DNA from: a virus
IMG/VR virus record: IMGVR_UViG_3300013102_000032
Coordinates: 8,609 to 72,608 of that record
Strand: one strand, 5' to 3'
DNA: 64,000 nt
Part shown: one piece after another, positions 10,107 to 20,182 of the stretch
Numbering within the stretch: the stretch's first letter is position 1
How the letters are laid out: the number at the start of each line of letters is the position of its first letter
Notes under the pieces: model-generated
What the model saw: the letters and a program-made list of their open reading frames with translations, nothing else
What the model was told of the DNA's origin: nothing
Database searches by the model: none
Program-made: the position numbers and the translations under genes

Positions 10107-10135
10107 TTGACTTGCTTTATTTATTAATGTATACT
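10107..10135 (+). promoter_or_regulatory. sigmaA-type promoter
   Basis: TTGACT-17bp-TATACT. Confidence 0.7.
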
Positions 10136-10160
10136 CAAAACATATAAAACAAAAGGAGAT

Positions 10161-10799
10161 TTGAAAATGAGTATAAATGAAGAGAAAAAGTTTCTATATT
10201 CGATTCTTGAAAATATCACAGAGGAAAGAAAAAAATTAACTAATGCTTATTTGGATATCGTTAATAAAATTACAGAGCTAGAAAAAGAGTCTAGAAGTTA
10301 TAGAGAACAGAGTGAGACGAAAGACGCTGTAGAAAAAGTTCAGAATATAGAATTTAAAAAAGAAGCTAAGACACCAAGCATAATGATTGAAGAGATAGTA
10401 GAGGCTGAGCCTGTTGAGGTTACTAAGAAAGAAGATGTGAGAACCTTAGCAGAAATAATAGAAGAACATAATAGAATGCGTGGAGAATCAGACGATAAGC
10501 CAGATGAATTATCAGAGAGTAAAATACCAAAAGAAGAAATAGAAAGAGAAAAAGATAAACTACCTAGAAAGTCTCCGTATTTGAATATTGATAAAGTGAA
10601 TGGATTGATATCTCAGATATTAAAAGAAAAGGGCTCTCCTATGCATGTAAAGGAGATATTTGCTAAATTAAATTCTATGCTAGATAACGATGTTAATATT
10701 CAGAATCTACGCAATAACATTCTTCCTAGAGTGTGTAAGAGTAATCCTAAAATAGAAAGAGCATTGCGTGGTTATTATCAATATAATTATAATGGATAA
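10161..10799 (+). CDS. Rok-like DNA-binding protein (N-terminal coiled coil, C-terminal winged helix)
   Basis: C-terminus ILKEKGSPMHVKEI...NLRNNILPR...KIERALRGYYQY resembles the Bacillus Rok wHTH; N-terminal helical oligomerisation segment. Confidence 0.6.
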   Translation: MKMSINEEKKFLYSILENITEERKKLTNAYLDIVNKITELEKESRSYREQSETKDAVEKVQNIEFKKEAKTPSIMIEEIVEAEPVEVTKKEDVRTLAEIIEEHNRMRGESDDKPDELSESKIPKEEIEREKDKLPRKSPYLNIDKVNGLISQILKEKGSPMHVKEIFAKLNSMLDNDVNIQNLRNNILPRVCKSNPKIERALRGYYQYNYNG

Positions 10800-10813
10800 A
10801 ATTACACTTTTAT
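10796..10813. repeat. Palindromic junction element (G)ATAAAA-TTACAC-TTTTAT(C)
   Basis: Contains the stop codon of the Rok-like gene. Confidence 0.7.
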
Positions 10814-10822
10814 CTATAAAGT

Positions 10823-10864
10823 TACCCCCTCTAAATTACCTTATTAGAGGGGGTTTTATTTTTT
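10823..10864. terminator. Terminator hairpin between convergent genes
   Basis: ACCCCCTCTAA...TTAGAGGGGGT followed by T-rich tail on +. Confidence 0.8.
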
Positions 10865-10869
10865 GTATT

Positions 10870-11484
10870 CTATGTATTTTTGTCCTTCTTAACCCTTTTC
10901 TTAACCGTAGTAGGCTTTTTAGGTTTCTTAGGCTTTTCTTCTTTAGGTTCTCGCATTGCAACAATATCAGACCAAACTGGCTTATCCCACTGAATAAGAT
11001 CGTGCTCTATCAGACAAGTCAAGCAAACTGCAAAACTATCACTCTCGTCATCATTCCTAAAAGTTATATCATTATATTTTGTTTTTATTGAATTTGCTAC
11101 GTCTTCTTTCGTAGCATTGCCGTGGACTATTTTTAATTTTACTTCTTTTGGTGCATATAAGAATTGTGGCACATCCCATAATAGATGTTGTATTACTCCT
11201 GTAGCTTTCGCTATTGCTTGAGTCTCCATAGGGAATCGGCTAAACATCCTCTCAATAGACACGACATAAGGAGGATATTTTTCTATGATGTCGCTCATCC
11301 ATAAAGATATCATATGAAGCTTTAACGCATTTAGGTGTAGGTTTTTATGTTCTTTCGTAGCGTATATTTTCTCAGTATTAAAACTGTCAACAAAGACAAA
11401 TTCTTTCTTTTCTAGATCGTATATGGTTACTCCTGTATCCTTTAAGGATATGTCTAAACCATATAGAAATTTACCTTTAGTCAT
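10870..11484 (-). CDS. Holliday junction resolvase, RuvC-like
   Basis: GLDISLKDTG, SIERMF, GNATKEDV, DDESDS acidic motifs; Lys-rich tail. Confidence 0.85.
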   Translation of the reverse strand: MTKGKFLYGLDISLKDTGVTIYDLEKKEFVFVDSFNTEKIYATKEHKNLHLNALKLHMISLWMSDIIEKYPPYVVSIERMFSRFPMETQAIAKATGVIQHLLWDVPQFLYAPKEVKLKIVHGNATKEDVANSIKTKYNDITFRNDDESDSFAVCLTCLIEHDLIQWDKPVWSDIVAMREPKEEKPKKPKKPTTVKKRVKKDKNT

Positions 11485-11487
11485 TTC

Positions 11488-11661
11488 TTACTTTTTATCT
11501 TCTTTTGCTTTGTTGTTGTGGCATGAGAGATGAAATAATTCCTCATCTTTTTCTACGAATAAATTATCTTCATATATGTTTTCTTCACAATAAGGGCATA
11601 CACATAATACTTCTTTTTTAACGAATGTGTGGATGCGGTTCTTTACATTTTTATCTTTCAT
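11488..11661 (-). CDS. Small zinc-finger protein (not in ORF track)
   Basis: 57 aa, CPYC...HLSC; GAGG RBS and its own promoter upstream. Confidence 0.65.
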   Translation of the reverse strand: MKDKNVKNRIHTFVKKEVLCVCPYCEENIYEDNLFVEKDEELFHLSCHNNKAKEDKK

Positions 11662-11721
11662 AATCAAAATCCTCTCTATAAACGCAAATAAACTAGGCAG
11701 TAATTTCTACCACCTAGATTT

Positions 11722-11750
11722 ATTATATCATAATCTTTTGCTAATGTCAA
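11722..11750 (-). promoter_or_regulatory. sigmaA-type promoter
   Basis: TTGACA-17-TATAAT, TG extended. Confidence 0.75.
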
Positions 11751-11762
11751 GTTATTCAACAC

Positions 11763-14700
11763 TTACATTTCTGTGCTCACATGTTGACGTTGTGGACTAC
11801 TTCTAATTATCTTAGCTTTTGTCAGATGCCACTCTAAAACATTAGGATTTCTCTTCCATTTATTATCTTCCATTTTCCATCCTTCTTGCTGTTCGATATC
11901 TACTACTTGTATAACATCTCCAACATACAACATCGGCTCGTCATCTTTCCAGAATTGCTTCTTGTTAATTTTAACGGTAAACTCTTCGCCTGTCTTAATC
12001 TTGTAAAGTAATACTTTTGGTGTGTACTTCTTATCAATCTCCATAACTAAAGCGTAAGAAGGACTTACAGAATCCCATACAGAAACAGCGTAACCTAAGT
12101 TTTCTTTTTCAAATGCAATCTGTTCGTACAATTCGATCTTACGTGGAGGATTATTTTTCACTGCAATTTCATATTCACGAAGATTCTCAAGACGTTGTGC
12201 CTTAGAAGCATCAGAAAGTTTGTTATCGTATTTCAATGGTCGTTTGATTGTCTTAGGCGTTTTTCTTACTTCGCCTGTTCTTTTCATAACCTTAGTTTCG
12301 ATTATTTCTTTATCTGCAAACTCTGGATACAATTCGAAATTCGCTTTTCTAGGCTTGCCGTTTTCATCATCCTTTGCAACCATTGTTGTATAGATTTCTA
12401 ACAAAGCTTCTCTAGTTCCAAATTCCTTGAAGAAGTCTAATCGTATTAAAATTTCCATTTGCTTAGTGTTGGCGGATGTTTGCAATATGTCTACCAATAG
12501 ACCAACCCAATCATTTCTATCATAGTAATTTTTAGATAGTTCAAATAGCTCTTCTGCAACTTTCGCACTAATAAATTTAATAGATGAGATACCTTTATAG
12601 ATGTTGTTATTATCTCTGTTGAAGCTATAATACGCTCTAGACTGACCAAATTGAATAGGCTTAATTTCAATACCTCTCATTTTAGCGTAACTGATAATCT
12701 CAGATGTCTTCTCCTTGTCTCCCTCTTGCAAGTTAAGATAAGAAGATAAAAATTCTAATGGATAGTAATATCGTAACCAAGCACCAATATATCCAATGTA
12801 ACTATAAGGTTGTGAATGATTGATAGAGAATCCATAACGACTAGCATCATCGATAACCTGTAAGAAAGATTCTAAGATTTGTAATGCGTGTTCCTCAGAT
12901 TCATCATACACTTCTTTCATGAAGCTAATAAATCCTTCACGTACTTTAGGTAAGTATTGCTCAGTACCTTCTTTCTTAGAAAGCCCTCGTCTCACCGTAT
13001 CAGAATCCGCTCCAGTGTGTTTACAGAAATCAGTCAAGAATAACATGATTTGTTCTTGATATATTAAATAACCCAAAGTAGGTTTTAAAGAATCATTAAG
13101 TGCGTGATGTCCATTGTCTTTAAATATACCCTTTGCTAATTCATATCTGTACGATGCTCCAGAAGGTCGGATAGCTCCATTAGCCATAGACAATAAATCA
13201 ATATAATCAACATCGCCTACGTTGTTCTTAATGTAGTCAAGAGTTTCATCGCTAAACAACTGTTTTAGATAATTGAATCCCAAATCACTCTCAAATTGGA
13301 ATATACCTAATGTCGATTCACGCAACGACTTCCAAACTTTTTCATCGCTTATATCGATATTGTCTGGTGTCAATCGAGTTATTCCTGCCTTTTTGCAAGT
13401 TTCGTTTATTAACTCGATATTATCTAATCCTAAGATATCTAGCTTTACATAATTCTGACCATCCAATTCTTTCATATTTACAGATGTTACACGATATTTA
13501 CTTTCTTTTGTATACAGAGTAGATACATTAGTGTCTAAGTCAATAGGAGATACTACGAATCCACTAGGATGACTACCCATAGACTCTATAACGCCACTCA
13601 ACAAATCAACATATTCAAACATTTCTGGATACTTTTCTCTAAACTTCTTGTCAATGTGGTCTTTTCCGTTGAATGTCTCTACTGATTTAGCTATAGTATC
13701 TACTACATCTAACGGCATGTCCATCCCTTTACCAACTAATCGTATTGATCCTTTTAGGGCTTTTGTATTGAAAGTGATAATCTCTGCAAAATCTATTCCT
13801 TCTAAAGTTGACAAATAATCTATAACCTCTTGTCTACGAGTTGGAGGGAAATCTATATCAATATCCGCTAATGAAATTCTGTCTGGATTCAAGAATCGGA
13901 AGAAGTTTAGTTTATGCTTAATAGAGTCCATTTCTGTGATTCCTAAAACATATGCTATTAAACTACCATTCACAGAGCCACGACCATACCCTTGATAAAT
14001 ATCTTTTGAATGACACCAGTCAATGATATTCTTTTGTAATAACATATAATCTACTGTATCTAATTTTACGTATGTATCAAATTCTTCTTTTATTCTGTTG
14101 AAGTATTCCTTCTTTTTGTCAGCAGGAAATTTATTAATTCCACGTTTTACAACGCCTTCATTAATCATTTCTTGAAACACTTCTAGTGGCTTGTCGTACA
14201 TCTTTGGATACTTAGGAGTTCCATCTAAAGTGAACTCTTCAACCATGTCAGCCATTACGTTCGTATTATGTATAGCTTCTAAATATATATGTCTTGGTAG
14301 AGCACCCTGCTTTTCAAACATATCAACTAGCTCTGGATATGATTTAAAAGTTAAATCAAAAACATCTTCATCGCCATAACTAGCACCTTTAGACTTCAAG
14401 TACAACTGTCGTGCTCTTGCATGTTCTCTATTAAGAGAGTGAGTATCTGTCCCTGCAATCAGAGGAATATTTAACTCTTTAGACAATCTCATCAACATCT
14501 GATTGAATTGCACTTGCTCTGGATGACTATGGTATTGCACTTCAAAAAACATACGATGCTTATTTCTAGCCATCCAATTTAATAAATCTTCCAACTCTCT
14601 CTTAGCATTCTTATCTTTTACTCCAAATTCTCCATATGCTCTATTCTGTAGTCTCCACAAAGGAGAGGCTAAGCAAGCGGATGTCATAAGTATGTTATCT

Positions 14701-15137
14701 GAGGTATTTTTAAGCTCATCAAATGTCATCCGTGGATTATAGTAATAGTGACCATCTTTCTTAAAAGAGTCAGAAGTCATTTTGTTTAATTCCATTACAC
14801 CGTCATAGTTTTTAGCTAACAACATGTAATGGAAATTATCTCTTTCTAATATTAGCTTTCCTGTTTCTTCGCCAAACTCATCTCGCTCTTTGTCGATTTT
14901 TTGAGTTAAGTAAATCTCATTAGCGTGGATGTATTTCATTCCACGCTTTTCAGTATCCTTCTTCTTATTAATCCAGTTCATTACACTACCATGTTCACTT
15001 ATTGCGAAAGCAGTCATACCTAATTCTTGAGCTTTATCTAGGTAGTCTGTGTATTTTGTAATTGAATCTGCACCTGTACCTGCGGTAAGATTCGACAAAT
15101 CACTATGGTCATGATATAATACGTAGTTATCCGTCAC
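11763..15137 (-). CDS. dnaE: DNA polymerase III alpha subunit (DnaE, family C)
   Basis: PHP domain (HDHS, SEHG, TDTH), GRGSVNGS, DIDID, KLDILGL, IFQFES, YQEQIM. Confidence 0.96.
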   Translation of the reverse strand: MTDNYVLYHDHSDLSNLTAGTGADSITKYTDYLDKAQELGMTAFAISEHGSVMNWINKKKDTEKRGMKYIHANEIYLTQKIDKERDEFGEETGKLILERDNFHYMLLAKNYDGVMELNKMTSDSFKKDGHYYYNPRMTFDELKNTSDNILMTSACLASPLWRLQNRAYGEFGVKDKNAKRELEDLLNWMARNKHRMFFEVQYHSHPEQVQFNQMLMRLSKELNIPLIAGTDTHSLNREHARARQLYLKSKGASYGDEDVFDLTFKSYPELVDMFEKQGALPRHIYLEAIHNTNVMADMVEEFTLDGTPKYPKMYDKPLEVFQEMINEGVVKRGINKFPADKKKEYFNRIKEEFDTYVKLDTVDYMLLQKNIIDWCHSKDIYQGYGRGSVNGSLIAYVLGITEMDSIKHKLNFFRFLNPDRISLADIDIDFPPTRRQEVIDYLSTLEGIDFAEIITFNTKALKGSIRLVGKGMDMPLDVVDTIAKSVETFNGKDHIDKKFREKYPEMFEYVDLLSGVIESMGSHPSGFVVSPIDLDTNVSTLYTKESKYRVTSVNMKELDGQNYVKLDILGLDNIELINETCKKAGITRLTPDNIDISDEKVWKSLRESTLGIFQFESDLGFNYLKQLFSDETLDYIKNNVGDVDYIDLLSMANGAIRPSGASYRYELAKGIFKDNGHHALNDSLKPTLGYLIYQEQIMLFLTDFCKHTGADSDTVRRGLSKKEGTEQYLPKVREGFISFMKEVYDESEEHALQILESFLQVIDDASRYGFSINHSQPYSYIGYIGAWLRYYYPLEFLSSYLNLQEGDKEKTSEIISYAKMRGIEIKPIQFGQSRAYYSFNRDNNNIYKGISSIKFISAKVAEELFELSKNYYDRNDWVGLLVDILQTSANTKQMEILIRLDFFKEFGTREALLEIYTTMVAKDDENGKPRKANFELYPEFADKEIIETKVMKRTGEVRKTPKTIKRPLKYDNKLSDASKAQRLENLREYEIAVKNNPPRKIELYEQIAFEKENLGYAVSVWDSVSPSYALVMEIDKKYTPKVLLYKIKTGEEFTVKINKKQFWKDDEPMLYVGDVIQVVDIEQQEGWKMEDNKWKRNPNVLEWHLTKAKIIRSSPQRQHVSTEM

Positions 15138-15646
15138 TTACTCATCAACTCCAGTTTTTGAATTTCTTTCATTCGTTTTATGACAATCTCTTTGCTGTCT
15201 AAGTACTCCTTATCTCCGAAAGCATCGTGAAGCATGTTTAAATCATTTATAACATCTAAACATTCATCGATAGTTTTAAATGTGGTGTAATCGACAATGC
15301 TCTTGTCTATTTTAGACTCATGAAAATCTCTGCTATCATTAGCAATTCTTACGAAGTCTGGCACACCATACAATCCCATATCTTCTCTATCTTTCTTAAT
15401 GATATGATGAAGCATTTCATTATTGACACTACCTAATCTTGAATGGATAGCTAGTTCATCATATTTTACAATCTCAAAACTCGCATCTTCTTGTACTGGA
15501 TATATCTGCATAATCTCATAATCCTTATCTTCTGCGACTTCATCAGTTAGAAATTCTTGATACTCAAGGAAATCAACAACCATAAAGATTTGAGTTCCGC
15601 CCACTTTTTTCAAGTAGACGGCATCTCCTATGTTAAACCAATTCAT
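15134..15646 (-). CDS. Hypothetical protein
   Basis: GGAGG RBS; 4-bp overlap with dnaE; C-terminal IDECLD helix. Confidence 0.65.
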   Translation of the reverse strand: MNWFNIGDAVYLKKVGGTQIFMVVDFLEYQEFLTDEVAEDKDYEIMQIYPVQEDASFEIVKYDELAIHSRLGSVNNEMLHHIIKKDREDMGLYGVPDFVRIANDSRDFHESKIDKSIVDYTTFKTIDECLDVINDLNMLHDAFGDKEYLDSKEIVIKRMKEIQKLELMSK

Positions 15647-15679
15647 AATAGCACCCTCCTTAATTTTATTGTTAAATTA

Positions 15680-15708
15680 ATTATACCACATAACATCAAA
15701 TAAGTCAA
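15680..15708 (-). promoter_or_regulatory. sigmaA-type promoter
   Basis: TTGACT-17-TATAAT, TG extended. Confidence 0.7.
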
Positions 15709-15744
15709 CGGTTTATACTATTATTAGTTGCTATTGTAACTTTG

Positions 15745-16353
15745 TTAAAAACTATGTAATTGAATTAAATTCTTATAACAACTAAAACATACTGATTCAT
15801 ACTTTTGTTCTTTATTTTCAAAGTCTTCCACATTCACAGATTCGCCATCTTTTTGAATTTCTCCGTTTAGATATAGAGTGTGATGTGTGGCATAATTATT
15901 ACAATGATCGCATGACATATCTAAAGTAGTCAATCTAAAACCGCACTCCATAGCTCTTCTAACAGGTTCAAACATCTTGCCATTATAAGACATCATAAGT
16001 CCATAAGCGTAGATGTCAACATTGAAAGATATAGATATTTCAGCAATCATCTCTACCTGTTCTACTGTAAAGAATTGTAATTCATCTATTAGTATTACAT
16101 CTGGACTTTCAATCAATGTTGCTTCAAACATAATAACTCCATCGTCATCTTTTGGCACTACGATAGCAGGTCTTTTAATTGGCAAAGCCCTAGAGACAAC
16201 GTTAGCACCATCTCTAGTGTCTGTTTCTGGTTTGAATGTCAATACTTTTTTACCTTGTTCGTCTAGTAGATAACCTTTCATAATTAACTGTGCCGACTTT
16301 GCCGATTTCATAGTTCCTAATATTAAATCTCTAACTCTCAAATCTCTAGACAT
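15745..16353 (-). CDS. tdk: Thymidine kinase
   Basis: GTMKSAKS P-loop, KPETDTR, LIDELQF, CxxC...CxxC. Confidence 0.92.
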   Translation of the reverse strand: MSRDLRVRDLILGTMKSAKSAQLIMKGYLLDEQGKKVLTFKPETDTRDGANVVSRALPIKRPAIVVPKDDDGVIMFEATLIESPDVILIDELQFFTVEQVEMIAEISISFNVDIYAYGLMMSYNGKMFEPVRRAMECGFRLTTLDMSCDHCNNYATHHTLYLNGEIQKDGESVNVEDFENKEQKYESVCFSCYKNLIQLHSF

Positions 16354-16368
16354 AATAACTCTCCTTGT

Positions 16369-17205
16369 TTATAGAATTTCTTCAATAAAAAATTCAACAT
16401 TCTTCTTAGCTTCTCGATTATACCAATCCAATGCAAACGGTTCGTATTTAATCTTATGAATCTTTATTAGCTCTGTCATGTCTAATATTGGATTCAAGTT
16501 ATACAATTCAAGAGCAAATTCTTCCGCATATTTCAAAGCCTCTTCCTTACTGTCGAATTGCATATTTTTAACTTCATTAATTTTATAATTATCCGTCTTA
16601 ATGCTCGCATAGATATTAAATCTTCTACCCTTTGCAATTCCAGTATACTCCGCCATTAAATCTTCAAAAGCCTCTACTAGTAGTGAGTTAATATCATTAC
16701 CATATTTGCACCGTTCTTTGTTGATAGAGAATGACGGATCGAAAATCACATTAGTATATGTAAGCTCATTAATAAATTGAGAGTAGTCATGTAATGTTAA
16801 GTCTCTCATTTCTAAGACCAACATAGTGTTGTCGATTCGCTTAACCATCAATTCATCTTCTTCCGTCAGTGGTTCTAATAATAAATGCTCTTCGATTGCT
16901 CTCTCTACAGCATGTTCAATAGCCGAAAATTCTTTTAACAATTTCTTTAATGGTGTTGGACAGTCGCCTACATAAGCTTCTGTAAAATCGTGCTTAAACC
17001 AATGTAATTTTTGTAAAGTTGTATATCCTAGTTTTTCAGCTAATTTCAATCCTAAATAAGTATGTTCTCCAACGCTATAAGGTCTAATAGAATGTCCTAA
17101 AAATCTATTAATATTAGGCAAAGAGTGTAGAATATCTGGAATATGAATACTGTCTTTTTTAATGTTTAAATAATCAAAGTTTCTTCCTGTGTTCGTTACT
17201 AACAT
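16369..17205 (-). CDS. HD-domain phosphohydrolase (YfdR/5'-deoxynucleotidase-like) with C-terminal extension
   Basis: NRFLGH...YSVGEH...HDFTEAYVGD.PTPLK. Confidence 0.8.
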   Translation of the reverse strand: MLVTNTGRNFDYLNIKKDSIHIPDILHSLPNINRFLGHSIRPYSVGEHTYLGLKLAEKLGYTTLQKLHWFKHDFTEAYVGDCPTPLKKLLKEFSAIEHAVERAIEEHLLLEPLTEEDELMVKRIDNTMLVLEMRDLTLHDYSQFINELTYTNVIFDPSFSINKERCKYGNDINSLLVEAFEDLMAEYTGIAKGRRFNIYASIKTDNYKINEVKNMQFDSKEEALKYAEEFALELYNLNPILDMTELIKIHKIKYEPFALDWYNREAKKNVEFFIEEIL

Positions 17206-17234
17206 AACATCACTCCTAAATAAGTTTATAATTT

Positions 17235-17263
17235 ATTATATCATTATTTTTTACTTTTGTCAA
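17235..17263 (-). promoter_or_regulatory. sigmaA-type promoter
   Basis: TTGACA-17-TATAAT with AATAATGA. Confidence 0.8.
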
Positions 17264-17264
17264 T

Positions 17265-17295
17265 AAAAAAATGATAGATTTCTCTATCATTTTTT
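17265..17295 (-). terminator. Terminator hairpin
   Basis: ATGATAGA-tttc-TCTATCAT flanked by A/T tracts. Confidence 0.6.
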
Positions 17296-17303
17296 AGTTT
17301 TTA

Positions 17304-17921
17304 TTAAATTGCTTCTAAGCTTTCTGACAACTTTTCGTATTCTTCTTCTGTAATAATATCATACTTCTTTTCTGGCTTTAACATGATATCGTCAGCCACA
17401 CCAAGGAGTACTGCTTTCTTTCCAGAGAAGAAGAAGTCTCTTTTTTCTTTACGTATTTTAGCCATATGTTCAGCATTAATTTTAGTCTTATCTAAGAATA
17501 TACTGTCGTACATTTCTTGAAGAATATTAGCCTCCTTAATGCCGTCTTCATGGTCTTTGATATGACCTTCATTGCCATAGGCTACAGAGTGATACATAAA
17601 TCTACAGAATCGATGTGCAATTCTAACGTCTCCAGAGATAAAGATCGCCAAAGCCATAGATGCTACAACTCCTAAACCGTAAGTGATAATAGGAGTGTCT
17701 GACATTTCCATAGCACCAATAATGGCATTTCCTGCCGTAGCAGAACCGCCTCCACTATTGATAAACATTTCGATAGGCTTTGGTTCGTAAGTATTGATTA
17801 CAGACATTTGTTCATCGTAATCATTAATTGCAGTAATAATGCTTACAATTTCTCCTGCCAAGTTATCTGTAATTTGCTCTGAAATAATTATTTTTCTACT
17901 AAACTCTTGTGCTTCGACCAT
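17304..17921 (-). CDS. ClpP-like protease 1
   Basis: FINSGGGS, VASMA (catalytic Ser), FMYH (His), RDFF (Asp), GVAD. Confidence 0.85.
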   Translation of the reverse strand: MVEAQEFSRKIIISEQITDNLAGEIVSIITAINDYDEQMSVINTYEPKPIEMFINSGGGSATAGNAIIGAMEMSDTPIITYGLGVVASMALAIFISGDVRIAHRFCRFMYHSVAYGNEGHIKDHEDGIKEANILQEMYDSIFLDKTKINAEHMAKIRKEKRDFFFSGKKAVLLGVADDIMLKPEKKYDIITEEEYEKLSESLEAI

Positions 17922-17939
17922 ATGGCGACACCTCTTCTT

Positions 17940-18449
17940 TTATGATTTTACCAACTTTTCAACTCTTTCATATGTTGCAATTGTAAAAGAGTACTTGTGT
18001 GATTTGTTAGCCTTATTGGGCTTTACGTTGGTCAACTTCCAATCTTGTACCCCAAAATTGGGGAAGTAAGTAGTCGCTTTGTTACTTGCGTTATGTACAT
18101 GTGTTAATATTAACTTTTCAGCATATGGAATAAATTGACGATATACTTCACCGCCACCTATTACATAAACATCTTCTGTTAAAGCTTTTGATAAAACTTC
18201 CTCTATAGAGTTAATTATTGTAACTCCATCGATACTTAAAAGAGGATCTCTAGTCAACACATAGTTATCTCGATCTTTTAGAGGTTTCTTTTTTAATGAG
18301 TCATATGTCTTTCTTCCCATAACAACCGTATGACCTTTTGTTGTCTTTGTAAAGTGAGCCATATCTTTAGGTAGATTGTATAGTAAATTACCTTTTTCAT
18401 CTCCGATACCGTTATTAGTATCAGTCATTGCAATTAAAATAATTGGCAT
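17940..18449 (-). CDS. dfrA: Dihydrofolate reductase
   Basis: GIG, LPKDMAHF, VVMGRKTYDS, YVIGGGEVY. Confidence 0.95.
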   Translation of the reverse strand: MPIILIAMTDTNNGIGDEKGNLLYNLPKDMAHFTKTTKGHTVVMGRKTYDSLKKKPLKDRDNYVLTRDPLLSIDGVTIINSIEEVLSKALTEDVYVIGGGEVYRQFIPYAEKLILTHVHNASNKATTYFPNFGVQDWKLTNVKPNKANKSHKYSFTIATYERVEKLVKS

Positions 18450-18685
18450 TAATCCGTCTCTCCTTCTTCGTACTCTATAGTGAAGCTTTCTCCTTTTTTA
18501 CCTGCCTCCCAAGCCATACGTAATATCTCTGGAATGTCGTAGCAGTCTGAGAAGTTCTCTGACAGAGTATTATCTTCTGGAAATTCAGAGTTATGCACGC
18601 TGAATTTAGTTGCATCGTTAATAGTAATTTCTAATACCTCATGCAAACCATTGCAACTGTTCTCTCTTAATACTGTTACTCTCAT
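18449..18685 (-). CDS. Hypothetical protein
   Basis: GGAGG RBS; 78 aa acidic. Confidence 0.6.
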   Translation of the reverse strand: MRVTVLRENSCNGLHEVLEITINDATKFSVHNSEFPEDNTLSENFSDCYDIPEILRMAWEAGKKGESFTIEYEEGETD

Positions 18686-18703
18686 ATCTGTTTCCTCCTG
18701 TTG

Positions 18704-19558
18704 TTAAATTCCTAGTTCAAATTTCAATTGTGGAATACTAGGCTTATAGTCAATTAATTCGAAGTCATCTACGGTTATTTCATAAAAGTTAGTGCCGTCT
18801 GGTACATTCAACTTAAAAGTAGTTTGCATGTCAGAAGGCGTTCTTTTAATTAACTCTTTAGCTTGTTCAAGATGTCTTGAATATACATGAAGATTTTGTA
18901 CAAAGTGAGAAAACACTCCTACTTGATATCCACAATGTTTTGCTACCATCATCATAAATGCTACATATTGCATTTTATTAATGTGACCTGCTACCAAATA
19001 GTCAGAAGATCGTTGAATCAAAGTCATGTCAAGAAACATAATTCCATTCACTTTTCTAACAGAGAATAAAGTAAGAAAAGCACATGGTAGCAATCCGTCT
19101 GTTTCACTAAAGTTATCTTCTTGCCATAATGATATAATATGTCGTCTGCTATATGGATCTTTTACAAGGTTAGTTAGCAACTTGTTCATTAAGTCATATC
19201 TATCAACAGTTGCTCCATATCGAAGACCAATAGTATCGTCCTTTTCCTCACCATCTCCAACTTCCCATTCTCTCCACCACATGATGCCGTATTCCCCTTC
19301 TAGTCTTGACAGGTTGGAAGTTTGGTCTTGATAAATCCATCTAATCTCGTTGATGCCGTTTTTGATAGCAATCTTTCTTAAGCTAGTTAGAGGCATTTCA
19401 CCTTTGCTTAAATCATATTTCTCAAACACTTGCGTTATGTATACTGAATGTGCAGGCTCTCCGTCACTTTCATATCGAGGGCGTGGGTTTTCGTCCCAAC
19501 ACCCATTTTCTAAGATTTCTCTGATATTCTCTTTGAATAAATCATCTGCTTTTTTCAT
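18704..19558 (-). CDS. thyA: Thymidylate synthase
   Basis: SRRHIISLW, LPCA (catalytic Cys), QRSSD, NLHVY. Confidence 0.95.
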   Translation of the reverse strand: MKKADDLFKENIREILENGCWDENPRPRYESDGEPAHSVYITQVFEKYDLSKGEMPLTSLRKIAIKNGINEIRWIYQDQTSNLSRLEGEYGIMWWREWEVGDGEEKDDTIGLRYGATVDRYDLMNKLLTNLVKDPYSRRHIISLWQEDNFSETDGLLPCAFLTLFSVRKVNGIMFLDMTLIQRSSDYLVAGHINKMQYVAFMMMVAKHCGYQVGVFSHFVQNLHVYSRHLEQAKELIKRTPSDMQTTFKLNVPDGTNFYEITVDDFELIDYKPSIPQLKFELGI

Positions 19559-19571
19559 TTAATTTAACTCC

Positions 19572-19826
19572 TTATTTCTTGCTGTTTTTACTCCAATGTT
19601 CAAGAGTTTCTTTTATGCTATCTTTTTTCTCTCCAGTCTTAATCAATGGTCGTTTAGCTAAAATAACAAGACTCTTAATCGCTCCAAGTCCTCCAAATAA
19701 GAAATAATATCCTAATGTATTAAGAGCAACTCCAAATAATTGTGCCATTCCTGCTATTACTACTCCTTGAAAACCAAACAAACTTAAAATCCATCCACCT
19801 AATAAACTAAATGCGATTGAAAACAT
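19572..19826 (-). CDS. Small membrane protein
   Basis: Two hydrophobic Gly-rich segments; RBS. Confidence 0.6.
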   Translation of the reverse strand: MFSIAFSLLGGWILSLFGFQGVVIAGMAQLFGVALNTLGYYFLFGGLGAIKSLVILAKRPLIKTGEKKDSIKETLEHWSKNSKK

Positions 19827-19841
19827 ATTATCATTCTCCTT

Positions 19842-20171
19842 TTATTTTAATTTAATTTTATATACAGTTACACTTCTATCAGTAAATTGACATTTCTTTT
19901 TGCCAACAGTTTCTACTAGTCCACTAGAGATTAATTCATTGAGTCTAGGGTGTACGCTATTTCTCTCATTGAATGCCACTAATCCTTGATTGTATAGTGC
20001 TACAGAAAGCTCTTTAGCGGTTGCTCCATTGTTGTAATTAGCAAGACTTTCATATACTAGCTTTTGTCTATCTCCTAAGAAAGTATATTCGTTTGACTTC
20101 TTGACCTTATCAACAATCTTCTTACTTATTTGACTTATATCAAAATTAGGTAAGATTTTAGAAATATCCAT
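19842..20171 (-). CDS. Winged-helix DNA-binding protein
   Basis: GATAKELS...SVHPRLNELISSGLVETVGKKKC. Confidence 0.6.
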   Translation of the reverse strand: MDISKILPNFDISQISKKIVDKVKKSNEYTFLGDRQKLVYESLANYNNGATAKELSVALYNQGLVAFNERNSVHPRLNELISSGLVETVGKKKCQFTDRSVTVYKIKLK

Positions 20172-20182
20172 ATCGTCATCTC

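Noticed and set aside
12200-12400. Basic insertion in DnaE considered as an intein
   Set aside because: Too short, and lacks intein terminal motifs (C/S start, HN-C/S/T end). No intron or intein was evident in nrdE, nrdF, thyA or the topoisomerase genes either.
16369-17205. HD protein as DatZ of a Z-base (diaminopurine) pathway
   Set aside because: No PurZ or other base-modification gene seen in the window; generic YfdR-like call retained.
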